A stretch of DNA of 64,000 nt from Octopus bimaculoides (GCF_001194135.2 NC_068983.1:110336767-110400766); one strand, 5' to 3'. Positions 40,586 through 55,881 are shown, counted from the first letter of the stretch. The notes: a model not told the origin generated them from the letters alone. Made by a program: numbers and translations.

Positions 40586-42946
40586 CACTGGTCTGCATTT
40601 GGGAATTTTTTAAATATCTATTCGTAGATGCGATGTTACATATTCTTGGGTTGCTGATTTTAAATATCTAAACCATTTTGCCCTGTCACATAAAGGTGTT
40701 GAATAAAATACAAATTAATAATAATAAAATATGGGAATGTTTAAATTGTCGCTTTATTAAAAGCAAGTAATCAAGGAAAAGCACATTCTGTTAGTTTTAA
40801 GAACATATCTTTTCCAAATCAACATGAAATGAACCACCTTCATCATGAAATTAATCAGAATTATCAACATCAAACCGAACGAATGTATGAAATATGCTCC
40901 TAATGGTTAGCCTATATATTGTTTGAAAGGAAGGAGGAACCCTTTGATTTCCACTTGTGTTGTGCATCGAGACCATCACGTTTCAATGACCAGCAGTAAT
41001 CCGATATCATTCTGACATCCCATTTGCTCAGGTATCGGGTTTGCATGGTGCAAATGTCTTGATGGAACCGCTCCTCTTGTTCCTCACTGTAGCCCGCACA
41101 ATTCTTGAGAAAATAGTAAAGATGCAAGTGCAAAAATACATTTTCACACTCATTCTAAACGCAAGTTGTTGGAAACTTGATATCGGGTCTTGGATCGTCT
41201 TTTCAGACTCTGGGGAGCGGCAGCTTCGTTTTGAACGAGCTTTTTGAAGGAAAACCTGGCATTCACTTCGACACCTGCTAATGCTTCCTTAAAATCCTTT
41301 TCCTCATCAATTCCCAAATATGAGGGCATACAAAGATTCCTGCTTTTAGCTTGCCTTCACTAATACGAGGAAGCTTTGACTCCAGGCACTTGAAAAGAAC
41401 TCCATTCTTGTTCAAGGCCCCCGCAAAATTTTTCAGAAGCCCTAATTTGATGTGGAGTGGTGGNNNNNNNNNNNNNNNNNNNNNNNNNNNNNNNNNNNNN
41501 NNNNNNNNNNNNNNNNNNNNNNNNNNNNNNNNNNNNNNNNNNNNNNNNNNNNNNNNNNNNNNNNNNNNNNNNNNNNNNNNNNNNNNNNNNNNNNNNNNNN
41601 NNNNNNNNNNNNNNNNNNNNNNNNNNNNNNNNNNNNNNNNNNNNNNNNNNNNNNNNNNNNNNNCAAAACGACTCGTTTCCGGGTAAAAATCTGGTTCTTG
41701 GTAGCGAGTCGTTTTGTTAATAGTGGTGGCTGTCTGCCCTACTATCCCAAAGACACAGAAAACAGGGATACATAGTGTAGCCCTCTTGAAGATCAACTAC
41801 GAGAGCAATAACTTTTAAATCACCACAAATGAGAAAATTGTGATTATGGTCCTTGATTGCAATTATTACTGTCTTCATATTTTCGTAAGTTTCTGGCATT
41901 TAGACACTTTGGCCAAATGGCAGAGATGCAACTATATTGCCATTGTAGAGAAGAACAGCCTTTAAATTTCTGTTAGAAGAATCAATAAAGAGCCTACATT
42001 CATCTGCTTTGCATGACATCCCCATGTGTTCGATAAGGCCAGAAATATTCGAACAGAAAACTAAAGAATCTCCTTTCTCAAAGAACTGAGTTCATTCGGC
42101 TTTACGATGACGGTACCAAGTGAATGTTGTTGCAGGAGCTAGAAGATTGTGTTCCTGCAGTCTAGAGCCAAGTAACTGTGCACTCTCTTTTAGAAAGTTA
42201 AGGTCTCTAATCAGGTCACTGAGCTCAACTTGGTGGAAGAATTTGTGATAGTTATTTGTTGGTGGCTCATAGCCTACTTCCAACACATTAGTATCACTAA
42301 TATCAGACTCTGGTGAAATGAAATTTCCCGTGTCTCAGGTGGCACAGGTACAGGAATATTATCTGAGTGCGGAACAGGCCTTATTGCTGAAGGAATATTT
42401 GGGTATATTTAGCTATTTTAGTCATACAAATGTAGCAGTCATAATGGCTCATCTGTTCCCACCATACCATTGGTACTCCAATGGACATGCATTTAAGTTT
42501 TCCAAATGACCACATTTGAAGCTTACTGATGCAACTCTCGCAGGCTTTATGATATGCAAATGGTTTGTCCTGGTCTCCCAGTTTGCAGCCAAAATAAGCT
42601 AAATAGCAGCGCTTCAACAAAGGAGTAATACTACTCTGGGAATCTGAAGGGGTGAATTGCCCGCAGACATAGCAGAATATATCTGGTGAATTGATGCAGC
42701 CTGTAGACATATACATAGACTGAAAATAAAGAACAATATATTTGATTTAACATTTAGGTTAATATAAGGTAAACATTTTAATTGATCATTTACTTGTTAT
42801 ACAAAAAAAAGAGAAAAGTAACGTCTCCGTATAACTTGACAATCTGATGTAATAGAGATGGATAAAAACACAATGACTCATTATTTTTCATATATATTCA
42901 GAAAAATATACCATAGAGCCAATAAAAAAAATCATGCAGACCAGTG
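40586..42946 (-). mobile_element. Full-length Chapaev3-like (CMC superfamily) DNA transposon with disrupted transposase
   Basis: 13-bp perfect TIR CACTGGTCTGCAT at both ends with TAA duplicated on both flanks. Transposase fragments: FCYVCG..YFGCKLGDQDK, ELSDLIRDL, ICGDLKV..CFLCLWDSR, PPLHIKLGL, ERFHQDI..DYCW.L.RD. The superfamily assignment is from recalled TIR/TSD rules (CAC termini, TWA TSD). Confidence 0.8.
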
Positions 42947-43819
42947 TAATAGATAAAAGACAACGTGTCTGATGAGACCATATCTTCTATTATCATCCCT
43001 ACAATTTCAAGTGCTATCTTACGTTCTGTGTTGTATTTTATATTGATGTTTATCTAAAAGCGACTCAATGACTGGATGATCTTCTCTTACAAGTCGATAC
43101 GGAAGAATTACGACTAACCAAATAACAAAATCGAACAAGAGAATACTGTATTATGAATCACTTGGACTCTTTCATTTTCCTTCCAGTCTACGTGAAAACT
43201 AGAAGTGGCAATACATACATACATACATACATACAATACATACATACAATACATACACACATACATGTATACATAAATACATACATACAAACAAACAATT
43301 ACTCATACATACACTCACACACAGATACACACACATATATGTTTGTATATGTATATATGTATATATCAAAATAGAGAAAAATAGCAAGAAAGAAAAAAAG
43401 TGTCAATAAACAAGAAGTATGTAGTTCGAGGACGATAAAATAAGAGTGAAGATGATTTGGAGAATAAACTGGTTATATCAGCGGAGGACATGATTATTTG
43501 TAGAGACGTGAGAAACCACACAGAAAGATTTGTATTTCTAATGGATGTGCTTAAGAGTAAGTAAAAGAAAACTATATAATTTGAAAATAAGTTTTCATTC
43601 GGTAAAATGTAGCTATAACCCAGTATTTAAGATTCATTATAATTAGGGAGTAAACATATTCAATTCAGTAGAAACAGCAGGAAACTTGATGTATTATAAG
43701 TGATTGGGTATAAGTGATTGTATTATTGGGTGAGTCGAAATAACATTACTGAAACAGCAAGTAGGGTGTCTGGGAAGTATGAGAGCGGAAAGTGAGAAGG
43801 AAAGATTGAAGAAAATTAG

Positions 43820-43859
43820 GAATAATAATAATAATAATGATAATAATATAATAATAATG

Positions 43860-43949
<90 letters not shown>
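43820..43949. repeat. (AAT)n microsatellite running into an assembly gap (43950-44555)
   Basis: Direct reading. Confidence 0.97.
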
Positions 43950-44555
43950 NNNNNNNNNNNNNNNNNNNNNNNNNNNNNNNNNNNNNNNNNNNNNNNNNNN
44001 NNNNNNNNNNNNNNNNNNNNNNNNNNNNNNNNNNNNNNNNNNNNNNNNNNNNNNNNNNNNNNNNNNNNNNNNNNNNNNNNNNNNNNNNNNNNNNNNNNNN
44101 NNNNNNNNNNNNNNNNNNNNNNNNNNNNNNNNNNNNNNNNNNNNNNNNNNNNNNNNNNNNNNNNNNNNNNNNNNNNNNNNNNNNNNNNNNNNNNNNNNNN
44201 NNNNNNNNNNNNNNNNNNNNNNNNNNNNNNNNNNNNNNNNNNNNNNNNNNNNNNNNNNNNNNNNNNNNNNNNNNNNNNNNNNNNNNNNNNNNNNNNNNNN
44301 NNNNNNNNNNNNNNNNNNNNNNNNNNNNNNNNNNNNNNNNNNNNNNNNNNNNNNNNNNNNNNNNNNNNNNNNNNNNNNNNNNNNNNNNNNNNNNNNNNNN
44401 NNNNNNNNNNNNNNNNNNNNNNNNNNNNNNNNNNNNNNNNNNNNNNNNNNNNNNNNNNNNNNNNNNNNNNNNNNNNNNNNNNNNNNNNNNNNNNNNNNNN
44501 NNNNNNNNNNNNNNNNNNNNNNNNNNNNNNNNNNNNNNNNNNNNNNNNNNNNNNN

Positions 44556-45275
44556 AAATTACAAACAGATTAAATAACACCGGTATTATTACACCCAAGA
44601 ATAACAACCGAGAAGTGCGTACTGTAAGCTTGTTACGAAAAACAGACGAAGATCTGAACGTGCAAAACAATCTGACAACAGAAATAAACGAACCGGTACC
44701 CTACGAAAACGATGACCGTCAAAATAAAGTACCGGACGTTGTTCCTCATGTCCCGCAAACAAAACCAAAACGGCATAAATGGACACGTGAGGAATACATT
44801 TCGATACTATACGCCTATTTCACAGCAGTGCTCTACCCAAAAAAAACGAAAACGCAACAACACATACATATATATTATGGAAGAAAAATAATGTAAATAT
44901 AGACCTCGATAAAACAATGAACCCTAACAAACTAGCTAACATAAGAAGATATATTCTAAAAGCAAAAAAAAAATATCAGAAATAGAAATAGAACAATTGA
45001 AAGGGAAAATACANNNNNNNNNNCACCACAGACAAACATATGAATGAAAAGGAAGGCAAAACAAATATAAAGCCTGGAAATAACGACACCAGGACTTACA
45101 AATATATATAACATACAGAAAATTGCACTACTGGGTACTGCACACATTCTACGCAAAACACTTTCAATACAGTAAACATGAGAGCACCACAGCAAACCAC
45201 AGCACATACCCAAGGCGCACAGAGCTGCGCTCGGTAGTGAAGTGAAAGCACGTTATAAAAATAAAACTACTGAAC
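44556..45275 (+). mobile_element. R4/Dong LINE: N-terminal region and 3' end joined across a small gap (possibly collapsed assembly)
   Basis: KRHKWTREEYISILYAY (Myb-like N-terminal motif), a 10-N gap at ~45014, then IQKIALLGTAHILRKTLSIQ*, 3' UTR and (AAT)n. Confidence 0.8.
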
Positions 45276-45314
<39 letters not shown>

Positions 45315-45320
<6 letters not shown>

Positions 45321-45855
45321 ATCCCACGACAAGTGATACAAGCACCATCTAGAGGACGTAGTGAATGTCGAGGACATCACCATCCATTGAAACTTCCCAA
45401 TACAAACAGAAAGAAAAATTGATTCCAATCTAACAGACATTGTGATCAAGGACTACAACAGAGGAACTTATCTGTCAATAGATATGTCTGTTCCACACGA
45501 TCAAAATGTCCCAAGAAAAGAATACGATAAGTTTTCTCACTATAAATATCTGCAAATTAAAATCACAAAAATGTGGAAGCTTGTACTACGATAATACCAG
45601 AAGTAATTAGTACGTTGGGAGCTGAGAAGTATATTAAGCAACTCCCTGGTAACTGCAATCTCCGTGAACTACAAGAGATAACCTTGAATGGTACAGCCCG
45701 TATACAATGGAAAGCACTCTCCATCTAAAATGGAATGAATGTGGTGATGATTTTAACATGCATTGCAAAACAAAAGTGCCCTTGCTACTCTTGGCCTCCG
45801 GAGGATGCCCAGTACTAAGGCAGCAGAAATAAAGTTATAATGAAAAGAAACCATA
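45315..45855 (+). mobile_element. 5'-truncated Dong LINE (restriction-like endonuclease region + 3' UTR) followed by (GAT)n(AAT)n
   Basis: TDIVIKD..IDMSVPHD.N..KEYDKFSHYKYL.I.ITKMW resembles the RPD..D..P..K..KY RLE motif. Confidence 0.8.
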
Positions 45856-45868
45856 AATGATGATGATA

Positions 45869-45906
<38 letters not shown>

Positions 45907-48096
45907 AATAATAATAATGTGTATTTACGTCATACGCGCAGAACACAGTTCTTCTACGTCATTCGTGTCGGTTGCCCTTCATTGCCCCTATTTTCTGAAT
46001 AATGGGTCAGCACATGCAGAAAATGTTAGCGAACATCTTTGGTAAACAGACATATGACCAATTTACCAGATTCTTCGAGTAGTTGAAGCTGTACATTAAT
46101 ATTATTTATGAATCTAGGAAGTCTGGAAGAATTACTTACAAGAGGTAGTGTTTGATAGAAGTTGAATATTCTAATAATATCGTTGCTTTAAAATGTGATG
46201 CTGAACAGTGATTACTTTGAACAAGTGGGCACTTCTTGTGTATTTCACCATCTATATCATAATGGAAAAAGATGCTTATAAATTTGTAAGCAGTATGTAG
46301 TTTTTATTTCTGAAAGCAATTATCAAAGTCCACACTGTTTACAAAATGCTTTAAAATTCCAATTTTAATATAATTTCGAATTAACGTGGTTTTTATGTTA
46401 CTTTTGTTATTGAAGATTTCAACAAGATTTAATTTTAATTCACTACAAAACAAAATCTTAACATGCAGCATTTTGAAAGTCTTATTTTCTTGTCTCTGTG
46501 TCTTTATATTTATACGTTGCATCTATTCCTCTTATCCCTTTTCTTTCTCTATCCTTATAAAATTTCCCCTCTTACTTTTAACTCCAGTTTCTTTCCTTGC
46601 CACACTGTTTGTCTCTCTCAACCGCCTCTACAGCGTTGTTATAATTACAAAGAAGTGATAACAATATTTTTCTTTTTCTTTACCGCCTCTATTCGGATTA
46701 TTCTATTACTTTCTCTATCCTAATAATTTTCCCTCACTCTTATGCTTTTTAATGAATTACTCTTCTCTCTTTTCTCCCTTTTTTTTTTGCATCACTTTTC
46801 GTTTTCATTTTAGTTAGCCTTTCTCTATGACTTTCTTTATAACTTTCCCTCACAGGATTAAATACAATTTTTTCCATTTCGTCTCTCTCTCTCCCTTCCC
46901 CCTCTCTCTCAGCTCTGCGTCTTTTCAATTGATTTCATTAAAAATAAGTGATTATAGATTTTTTTCTTTGGGTTAATTTGAAAATATTTGTCAAATGTTT
47001 TACTCTATATTTATCGTTAGAAAAGTACATAGAAATTATATATTTCAAATTTCATTTGGTTATATGTAAATGTGCAGTCCACATTTGATTAGAACTTTAT
47101 TAACGAAAACTCCGGGTTAATTTCTATGCCTTCGTTGTGGATTTGGCGTTTATTGTTAGGTATTATATTGACCTCGCTTAATGTAGTGATTAAAATATAA
47201 TAAAATAATAGCAGTAAGATTTGTTGATGTACATTCTACATCTCATTCTTTACAAACCTACCCCTAACACCTACCAGCACTTTATCCCAAACTGAGCCAG
47301 AGCTATATCTACATGCTCAGCAGATCATTTTTGTCTATATATTCAATTTGTTTTTACTCTACATTTTAAATTTGATTTATTCGTTGCTCCAAACTACATT
47401 CACTATTCAACGTAACCTGAATATCAAGTTAGTTAATTGTTTTCTCTCCTAGAATTTCTCCTTTCTTTACCTTTTACTCTTCGTCTACTAATATAGCACT
47501 AGATCATTATTAGTAATATATCTTCAGACTTGTTATTTCTAGTTTATGAATCTTCTTTATTTAATTACAAACTCTGGATTATAATTGCATTGTACGTAAT
47601 GAAAACTGCCATGTTTTAAATTTCATATTTCTAGACCTACATTATTTACTAGTAAAATCATCTTCAGTGTTTCTCACATTTCTACACAGAAGTAATATTG
47701 CCCTATATATGCTATTATCTAATTTTTGCATGGTCTTTTATTATGTTGATCTAAGCAACAGCTATTAAATTATAATGTTTCCTCTCTTTCTCACTCTTTC
47801 AGAATCTAAATATAATTCTTTCTCGAACTTCTGAAGCAGCAGCTCTTATCTTTCTACCACAAATTCTTCTACCCCTAATACAACTAGCAGTCATTTATTT
47901 AAAAAGATACCGTTGTCATCTTCTTTATATGTATTTATATATAATTTCAATTTGGCCGACAGCTCATCTAATATTTTTAACTACGTATTTCATCAATTGA
48001 GCCAAATCTCTTATTCGCTCGAGAAACTCATTTAGAGTGACGCATGTGATCATCAGTGACGAATCATATTAATATCAGTCTCTTACATAATATCCC

Positions 48097-48185
<89 letters not shown>

Positions 48186-49289
48186 GTGCGTGCGTGCGTG
48201 TGTGTGTGCGTGTGTCTGAGTGTGTGAGTGCGTGTGCAAAAAAAGAAAAAACAATAAAAACATAAGATGCTTTACACTATGCAACATCCAAAGTATCATT
48301 GTTCATGCTGTAAATTTTACCGATATCTGCATTATTTCACAGTGTTTCAGAGCCAGTAACTGAAACGGCGGTTGATTCAACCGATAGAACTTCGACGAAA
48401 ACTCATTAACGGATGTAACCATGTTTACATACTTATTAGTTTCATAAGAACATGTTTTTATTCAATATATAATTGACTTAAAAAATAAAGCCTTTCATTT
48501 AAATTTTACATTATTAATTATCTATCAGTGAATCAATATTTATGAAAACATTTGATGACATGGATCATATGCTTGTGAATGTGATCAAAAGCATTCACAT
48601 ATTTTATGATTTCATTCCATAAACCCAAAAAGGGATGTCCTTCCTGCTATATACACAGGTTTACTTGATTTATATCAAGAGACTATTCCTTAATTACTGT
48701 AATTATTCTGCTACACTTCTCCTCACAATCTAATTACATTTAGATATATGACAGTTATTATTCAGATCTGCGAACGATATACATCAAGTAGCAGTCGTAG
48801 GAGTATGTTCAAATTCATCAGCTGATACTCCCTAAGTGAACTGTAATATTCATCGTATGATTAAAGCACAACCTTCTGAAAACATTTCAGGTAGAAGAGA
48901 TGGCATAAACTCGTTCGCAATAACATTTTGTTTTATTAATTATTGTGTGTCAACACTGTTTAATATTCCCAACGTTTCAGATAAATGGAAATTATTAATA
49001 ACTGCCAAGTGTTAAAGAAGATTAAATGGCAACCAGAATACAAACGTTTCATGTTTAGGTCGTGCAGGGATTAAAGTTAACATTACCCCAGCGAAGAACG
49101 AAAATATCCAAACAACTTAATATTAAAACTCTTAGTTTACTGTGTATACCACTCCAAACCTAGAAGATACGTGGTCCTGTTTAAGAAGGAACCATAAAAT
49201 ATACAGGTTAAAAGCTTTGTTGATTAGTGCTTGTAATATCTTTACTCACTCAAAGTGTATAATATTGCCAACGCATTTAATGTTATTCT

Positions 49290-49510
49290 TAAAATTAATG
49301 TGGTGAGCAGGTAGAATCGTTAACACGCCGGACAAAACGCTTAGGGACATGTTCGTCCTTACATTCTGTGTACACATTAGGCTGAGGCTACCATTGCCTT
49401 TCATCCATTCGGAGTCGATGCGATAAGTACCAGTTGAGCACTGGAGTCGATGTAATCGACTATCCCTTCCCACAAATTTTGAGTCACTTCGCTGCTTTGA
49501 AGAAATACAG
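49290..49510 (+). mobile_element. tRNA-derived SINE (second family)
   Basis: gtggtgagcaggtagaatcgtta...gcctttcatccattcggagtcgat...taagtaccagttgagcactggagtcgatgtaatcgact. Homologous to 52620-52790. Confidence 0.75.
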
Positions 49511-50643
49511 ACTCCTTAAAAGTTTGCACTCTCTTTTCACTATATATTCATTGCTGTCTGTGAATATTTTAGTCTTCAATGTTAGTCACTACATATTTCT
49601 TATATTTCTTGAAAAAAAAAATAGATGTACAACCCATACAATGATGAATTTAGGTAGAAGCAAACAAGTGTTAGTTATTGATCAATTAGAATGTTTGATT
49701 AGTGTTTGAGGTTAGCTTTAAATGCTCATTTGTAAAATGTCCCTTCAGAAAATTAATAAACAGATATTGTTGAACTATTATTATAGAGATCAAAGTTAGA
49801 TTCAGCCTACATATAGCATAAACAATTTTAAGTGCATGATTTCAATTACATTGATTCTGTTTGAGTCACTTGGAAATATATGCATTTGTGTTAGTGTCAT
49901 GAAAATGCCTGGCCTCTGATTTTGATAGAAATGCGGAGAAAAAAGGAATAAACGAAGCTATTAAATATTTTGGGGTAATTAATTATCGGTTTTACTTTGA
50001 ACTTCTAGCCATGTGTGCATGCCATATGGCAGCTTGATCAAACAACTCTTCTTTTAGATCGAATCTATGAGATAGACATTTCTGAACCTTAAACTATTTT
50101 GGCATTAAGAGAAACTAGCCCTTTAATGTCCATTCATTATTTTTACAAATATACGTTTATTATTTTTTTTACTTATATTTCATTCTTTAATTTGTTGCCT
50201 ATAATTCAGTCGTTAAAGCGTATACATCTTTACAACTACTCCGGTTAAAATTATTTCAGTCTTCTATTCCTTTACCTTACATACTTTATTGCAATTTCTT
50301 TTTCCCGAACTAAGTTTCTAAATTGATATAAATCTTTGACGATAATAAGGCATGCAATCTTCTAAGAGTGATATTTCATTCAACTTCTCTGATATTTAAT
50401 GTCATGCAAATAAATTTTCTTTACCACAGCTTTACTCTCAGACTGCTAGAATGCTTAGGATTGAAGTTTCTATTCCTAAACATAAAAATATATACGCGTT
50501 TTCATCTAAACGTAATTTATATTCTTGGCATGGACACACAGTCACATATTTTCGCCATGTTAGATGAATATATACGTACAAATTACTTACATGTAAAAAA
50601 TAATCATACTTATTATTGAGCCGAATTTAATTATACATATATA

Positions 50644-51911
50644 TTAGTTTGTCAAGAAAGTTCTTGCGGAATTGTTAATTTTGGTTTTAAATGATGTATT
50701 TTCAAATTAATTTTCGTTAAATTACTTTGACTTTATATACCATTTTAAAGTCCGTTTTTCGCTCTATCTAATCGCGTTACTCTTTTTCTTTTCGTATAAT
50801 TAGGTCATTATTTCTGGACGTTGAATACAACATGGACAAAAAGTAGATTCGCACAATTATCTTATTCCAGTTCAAGCTAGGCTGAAAAGCTGCTGAAACA
50901 GCTCGCTATATCAACGACACGTTTGGCCCAGGAACCACTAATGAAGGTACAGCGGTGATGAGAGTCTTGAAGATAATAAGCGTAGTGGTAGGCCATCGGA
51001 TGTTGACAACGATCAACTAAGAGCCTTAGTGGAAGCCAATCCACGCACAACTGTTCGAGAGCTTGCTTCTAAATTAGACGTAACGCACACGACAATTTCC
51101 AACTACTTGAAAGAGATTGGAAAAACAAAAATACTTGAGAAATGGGTGCCGCACGAATTGAACGACAACCCCCCCAAAAAACTCCGTTTTGAAGCGTCAT
51201 ATTCCCTTCTTTTATGCAACAAGAACGATCCGTTTCTCAACCGGATTGTGACTTACGATGAAAGGTGGATTCTTTACGNNNNNNNNNNNNNNNNNNNNNN
51301 NNNNGCTCAGTGGTTGGACGCCGATGAAGCTCCACGGCACTTCCCGAAGCCAAAGTTGCACCAAAAGAAGGTCATGGTGACTGTTTGGTGATCTGTGTCC
51401 GGTCTCATCTATCACAGGTTTTTGGATCCAGGTGAAACCATTACAGCGAAGTACTGTCAGGAAAATGGATGAAATGCATAAAAAACTCCGACAACAACAG
51501 CTAGCATTGGTCAACAGAAAAGGACCAATTTTTCTCCACGACAACGCTCGGCCGTACGTCACACAACTGACCCTGCACAAGTTGAACGAATTGGGCTACG
51601 AAACTCAGTCTTATCCGTCATACTCACCCGACCTCTCGCCTACCGACTACCACTTTTTTAAGCATCTCGACAACTTCCTGCGTGTGAAATGCTTCAAAAA
51701 CCAAGACGATGCCAAACACGCCTTCAACGACTTCATCGCCTTAAAAACGCAGGATTTTTTATGCTACTGGCATAAATAAACTTGTTTCGCGTTGGCAAAA
51801 GTGTTTTGATTCTGATGATGTTTATTTCGATTTATAATGTTTTGTTTCAGCCGAGATATGTGCATCTGAATTTAAAGATTAAAAACTGCAAGGACTTTCT
51901 TGACAACCTAA
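50644..51911 (+). mobile_element. Near full-length mariner (DD34D) with both TIRs, transposase disrupted
   Basis: TIR ttag(t/g)ttgtcaagaaagt(t/c)cttgc at both ends. WVPHEL, VTYDERW, LHDNARP and YSPDLSPTDYHFF motifs. Has stops and frameshifts. Confidence 0.93.
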
Positions 51912-52619
51912 GATATATGTGTGTGTGTGTGTGTGTGTGCGTGCGTGTGTGTGTATATACGCAAAGCGTGCGCGTTGTCGTTTGCGCAGAGGCACACTCC
52001 GACGCGCGCGCACACACATATACATGTGTAGATATAAATATGAGTCTGCGTTTCTATTTGTGTGTGTATGTCTGCGTGTGTGCGTAAGGATGTTGATTCC
52101 CATCAATTTCGCAAATGTATATTTCCGTTCTGCGATAAACGGATCTAGTTCCTCATTTAATTAATTGTCGCTAAACAACTAGATATTCTATATAGTTCTA
52201 CTTCTATCTTAATTCTCAAGCAGAATCAGATGGACAATATGTTTAACATAGCTCACCACTTGTCATTCAGATGCAATTTATGCCACGATATTCCTTAGTT
52301 TCTGCCTACTTAATATCAGTCAAATGACTCGCTTCTACCAAAGACTATCGAGGCAAAATAGAATAATTACTTAGATTTAGCTAACTCGTTAATAAAATAT
52401 TTCATTTCAGATGTTATTGCATCCACACCTTTCTATAAGGTTGCATTTCTCTTGCGTATATTTATAATTCACTCTTCAGTTTCATATATTTATGATTTGT
52501 AATAGTTGGTTTTGGTCTTATATGGCTTAATTCTAGATACAGCAAATTAGAGATTGGCTATTTGCATAACACACGATAAAGTAATTTAAGTTGTTAGAAT
52601 AAAACTTACCACACAGTGT

Positions 52620-52790
52620 TAGAAGGAGATGAGGTAGCAGAATCGTTAGCCCGCTTTACGTTCCACTAAGGTCAATTTTGCCTTTCCTCCTTTTGGGGTT
52701 GATAAAATAAGTACCAAGAGAGCACTGCTATCGATATAATCGACTTAACGTCCTTCGAAATTGCTGGCTGTGTGCCAAAATTTGAAACAA
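52620..52790 (+). mobile_element. Internally deleted copy of the 49290 SINE family
   Basis: gcagaatcgttagc...gcctttcctccttttggggttgataaaataagtacc...aatcgacttaa...gtgccaaaatttgaaac. Confidence 0.7.
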
Positions 52791-54254
52791 ATATTACTTC
52801 GTGTTATCCTATATGATATGTGAATCTATAATACTTCAAATGCAACGCTGTTTAAAATTACCAAGCTCTTAGTGAAAGTCATATATTCAGTAAGACATGC
52901 AATATTAGCGAATAACACTTGTTAATACACTCGTCATAACAAGCATTCTAGCACATGTGAAATCTATGCACATTTACGTACCGCGGCATTCCATTCTTGG
53001 CTTATATATTTGGTCTATTAAGATTGATGTTTTTTTATTAGAGGAAGCTAATAAAATGGTTTCCAATTTTGGCACAAGGCCAGCCAGGCAGTTAATACAA
53101 TGTGATATGAATTACATCTCTTTATAATTGCAATCTTACACAGTTATTTTGTTTGAACTAAACATTTGCATATTTTTCAGAAAGAATGTAAACAGTAAAA
53201 CTAGATTAATATTCTGATTATTATATTTTAGCAGTATTTAAAAGAAAGTTAAATATAGCTTTTAGTATCTTACAATACATTTTCTTGGACTAATTGCATT
53301 TTTTTGGCAATGTGTGGTATAGATATATTTTCAATACTTTGTAAACAAAGGCCTTTGTATATGCGACTGCACATTGAACCGAAGTTACTTGGTCTAAACA
53401 AAACAACTGACTCCTCACACACACGGAAAGTACTTGCAATTAAGTTAAACAGATTGTAAGAACTTGTTGTTAGTGCTGTCTGTTATAGTTTTCATTTCTG
53501 TTAGAGCTTATCATGAAGACCTATGCTAAAGGATTTCTTGCCGTGATCATTCTGTACAATATACAAGTATTTTGGTGTAAAACTATATTGTCAAATTTAG
53601 GGCGTTTGGGTGTAACATGAATAAGATTTGTCACTATCCATGAAATATCAAGCTACTATGAAGTGATCCATCGTCGGTTCTAATGCTAGTTATTTCCTCT
53701 GTGTGCAAAGGAGAAAAAATATTTCTGGAATTTAGAAACAAATCTCCGAAACTCAGGAATGTAATGGTACTTTTTCTGTTCACAGCAAATATACGTGAAA
53801 ATATCAAACTCCTGTAAATTTGTGAGACAATACCTGAACCGTATTTTGAAACAATTCTGCAATGTTCTTTGGTTTAACCCTAAGTCTAAGTGTTACGCTT
53901 CTAATGTTTGTCCTGAAAAACGCTAACTAATGAGACTTGACATTTCAACAGTCGCAATACAGTGAATCGAATCAATCTAATGCATAACCGACATATTTCT
54001 TCAGGAGCGAATTCTACCTGACACCAGAGGTGTCACAGCTAGTGATAGCAACAACTAACTCGGTCATCAAGTGATAGCTATTTACAAACCGGCAGAGTAC
54101 TCCTTGAATTGGTATCTAATTGCAATTAATAAAAAGTATTGGTATTAAAAAGAATTCAGGTAAATTTTCACCAAACAGTCACATTAGAACTTTACTGTAG
54201 CGGAAATTTTGTGGGAAATATAGATTTATGCTAAAATGATTTTCTACACTATAG

Positions 54255-54569
<315 letters not shown>

Positions 54570-55745
54570 TTGACAAACAATAGACCATCTCTTGTATATG
54601 GATGACATAAAGATTTCCCTAAAAATATTATGGAACAGAGAAACCTTCTAAAGATTGTCCATAGTTTCAGCAAGGACATTGGGATTAGTGTGGGGTTGGA
54701 CAAATGTGCCAAAATGACACTGAGAATAGACGAATTAATCAGCACTGAAAATGCTGCACTTGACATAGACACGAAATCATAAAATTAGTCCACAATAGTC
54801 CATGAGAATATCTAGGTGTAGATGAATTAGCTAAAATACAACGCACAGAAATGAAAGAGAAATTAGGAGAGAGTTTTACAGAAGAGCTAGACTAATATTA
54901 AACACTGAACTGAATGCTAAAAATAAGATAATAAGGTTAAACACGCTCGCAATACTAGTCATAAATTACAACGTAAATACAATAACCTTGAAGATCAGTA
55001 AATTGAGAAACTTAGAAGACCGAGTAAACTATTAACAGCATACCGAAGTTCCCACCCCAAAGCAGACGCACACAGAATATATGTACCCTGCTCAGAAGGA
55101 CGCCGTGGCCTGACATAGATAAAGAACTGTTATAAAATAACACTTGGACTAGAAAAGTACTTAGAAACAAAAAAAAAAAAGTGGAAGAGTACTCTATGAA
55201 GTAAAGCAACACGAGAAAAAACTCCTTTCTTTATACACAGAATTGGAGAAATTGTCAAAGTACAAAGACCTCGAAATTAAAGTATTCAAGGTGAGGAGCA
55301 TGAAAGTGAAAACAATACCAGTAATGATTGGATCATTGAGCATGATAAAAAACATATGAATAAAAACGTAGAAACTATAACTGGATCCTCAACAAAAAAA
55401 AAGAACCGTGCTAGGAACAGCCTACATACTACGCAAGACACTATCAATTCAATAATACAACTTAAACAAGACAATCCACAGTCACAGTACACACTCTATA
55501 CAACAGATACCCAACGAAATAAACTACCATCAGCAAGCCGTATAGCCAAGGCATTGCACAAACAACACAATACAAAGCACTAATACAACAAAAGACTGCA
55601 TCACACCTCATAATAAAAGAAACTGACGAAATACAATACCGGGAAGAGTTTTCACACTTCCAACAAGACAAAAGAACACACCCCAACTACACGGAGGTGT
55701 AGCATGTGATGCAGTAGAAATTTGCCTGAAACTACTAAAAGTTGA
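54570..55745 (+). mobile_element. 5'-truncated, internally deleted Dong LINE between (AAT)n and (TAC)n
   Basis: LVYG/DDIK, FSKDIGISVGLDKCAKMTL, YLGVDE, EKLSKYKDLEIK and GTAYILRKTLSIQ*, then the 3' UTR. Confidence 0.85.
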
Positions 55746-55747
55746 CT

Positions 55748-55754
55748 GCTACTG

Positions 55755-55815
<61 letters not shown>

Positions 55816-55816
55816 A

Positions 55817-55880
<64 letters not shown>
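55748..55880. repeat. (TAC)n with internal (TGC)n
   Basis: Direct reading. Confidence 0.97.
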
Positions 55881-55881
<1 letters not shown>

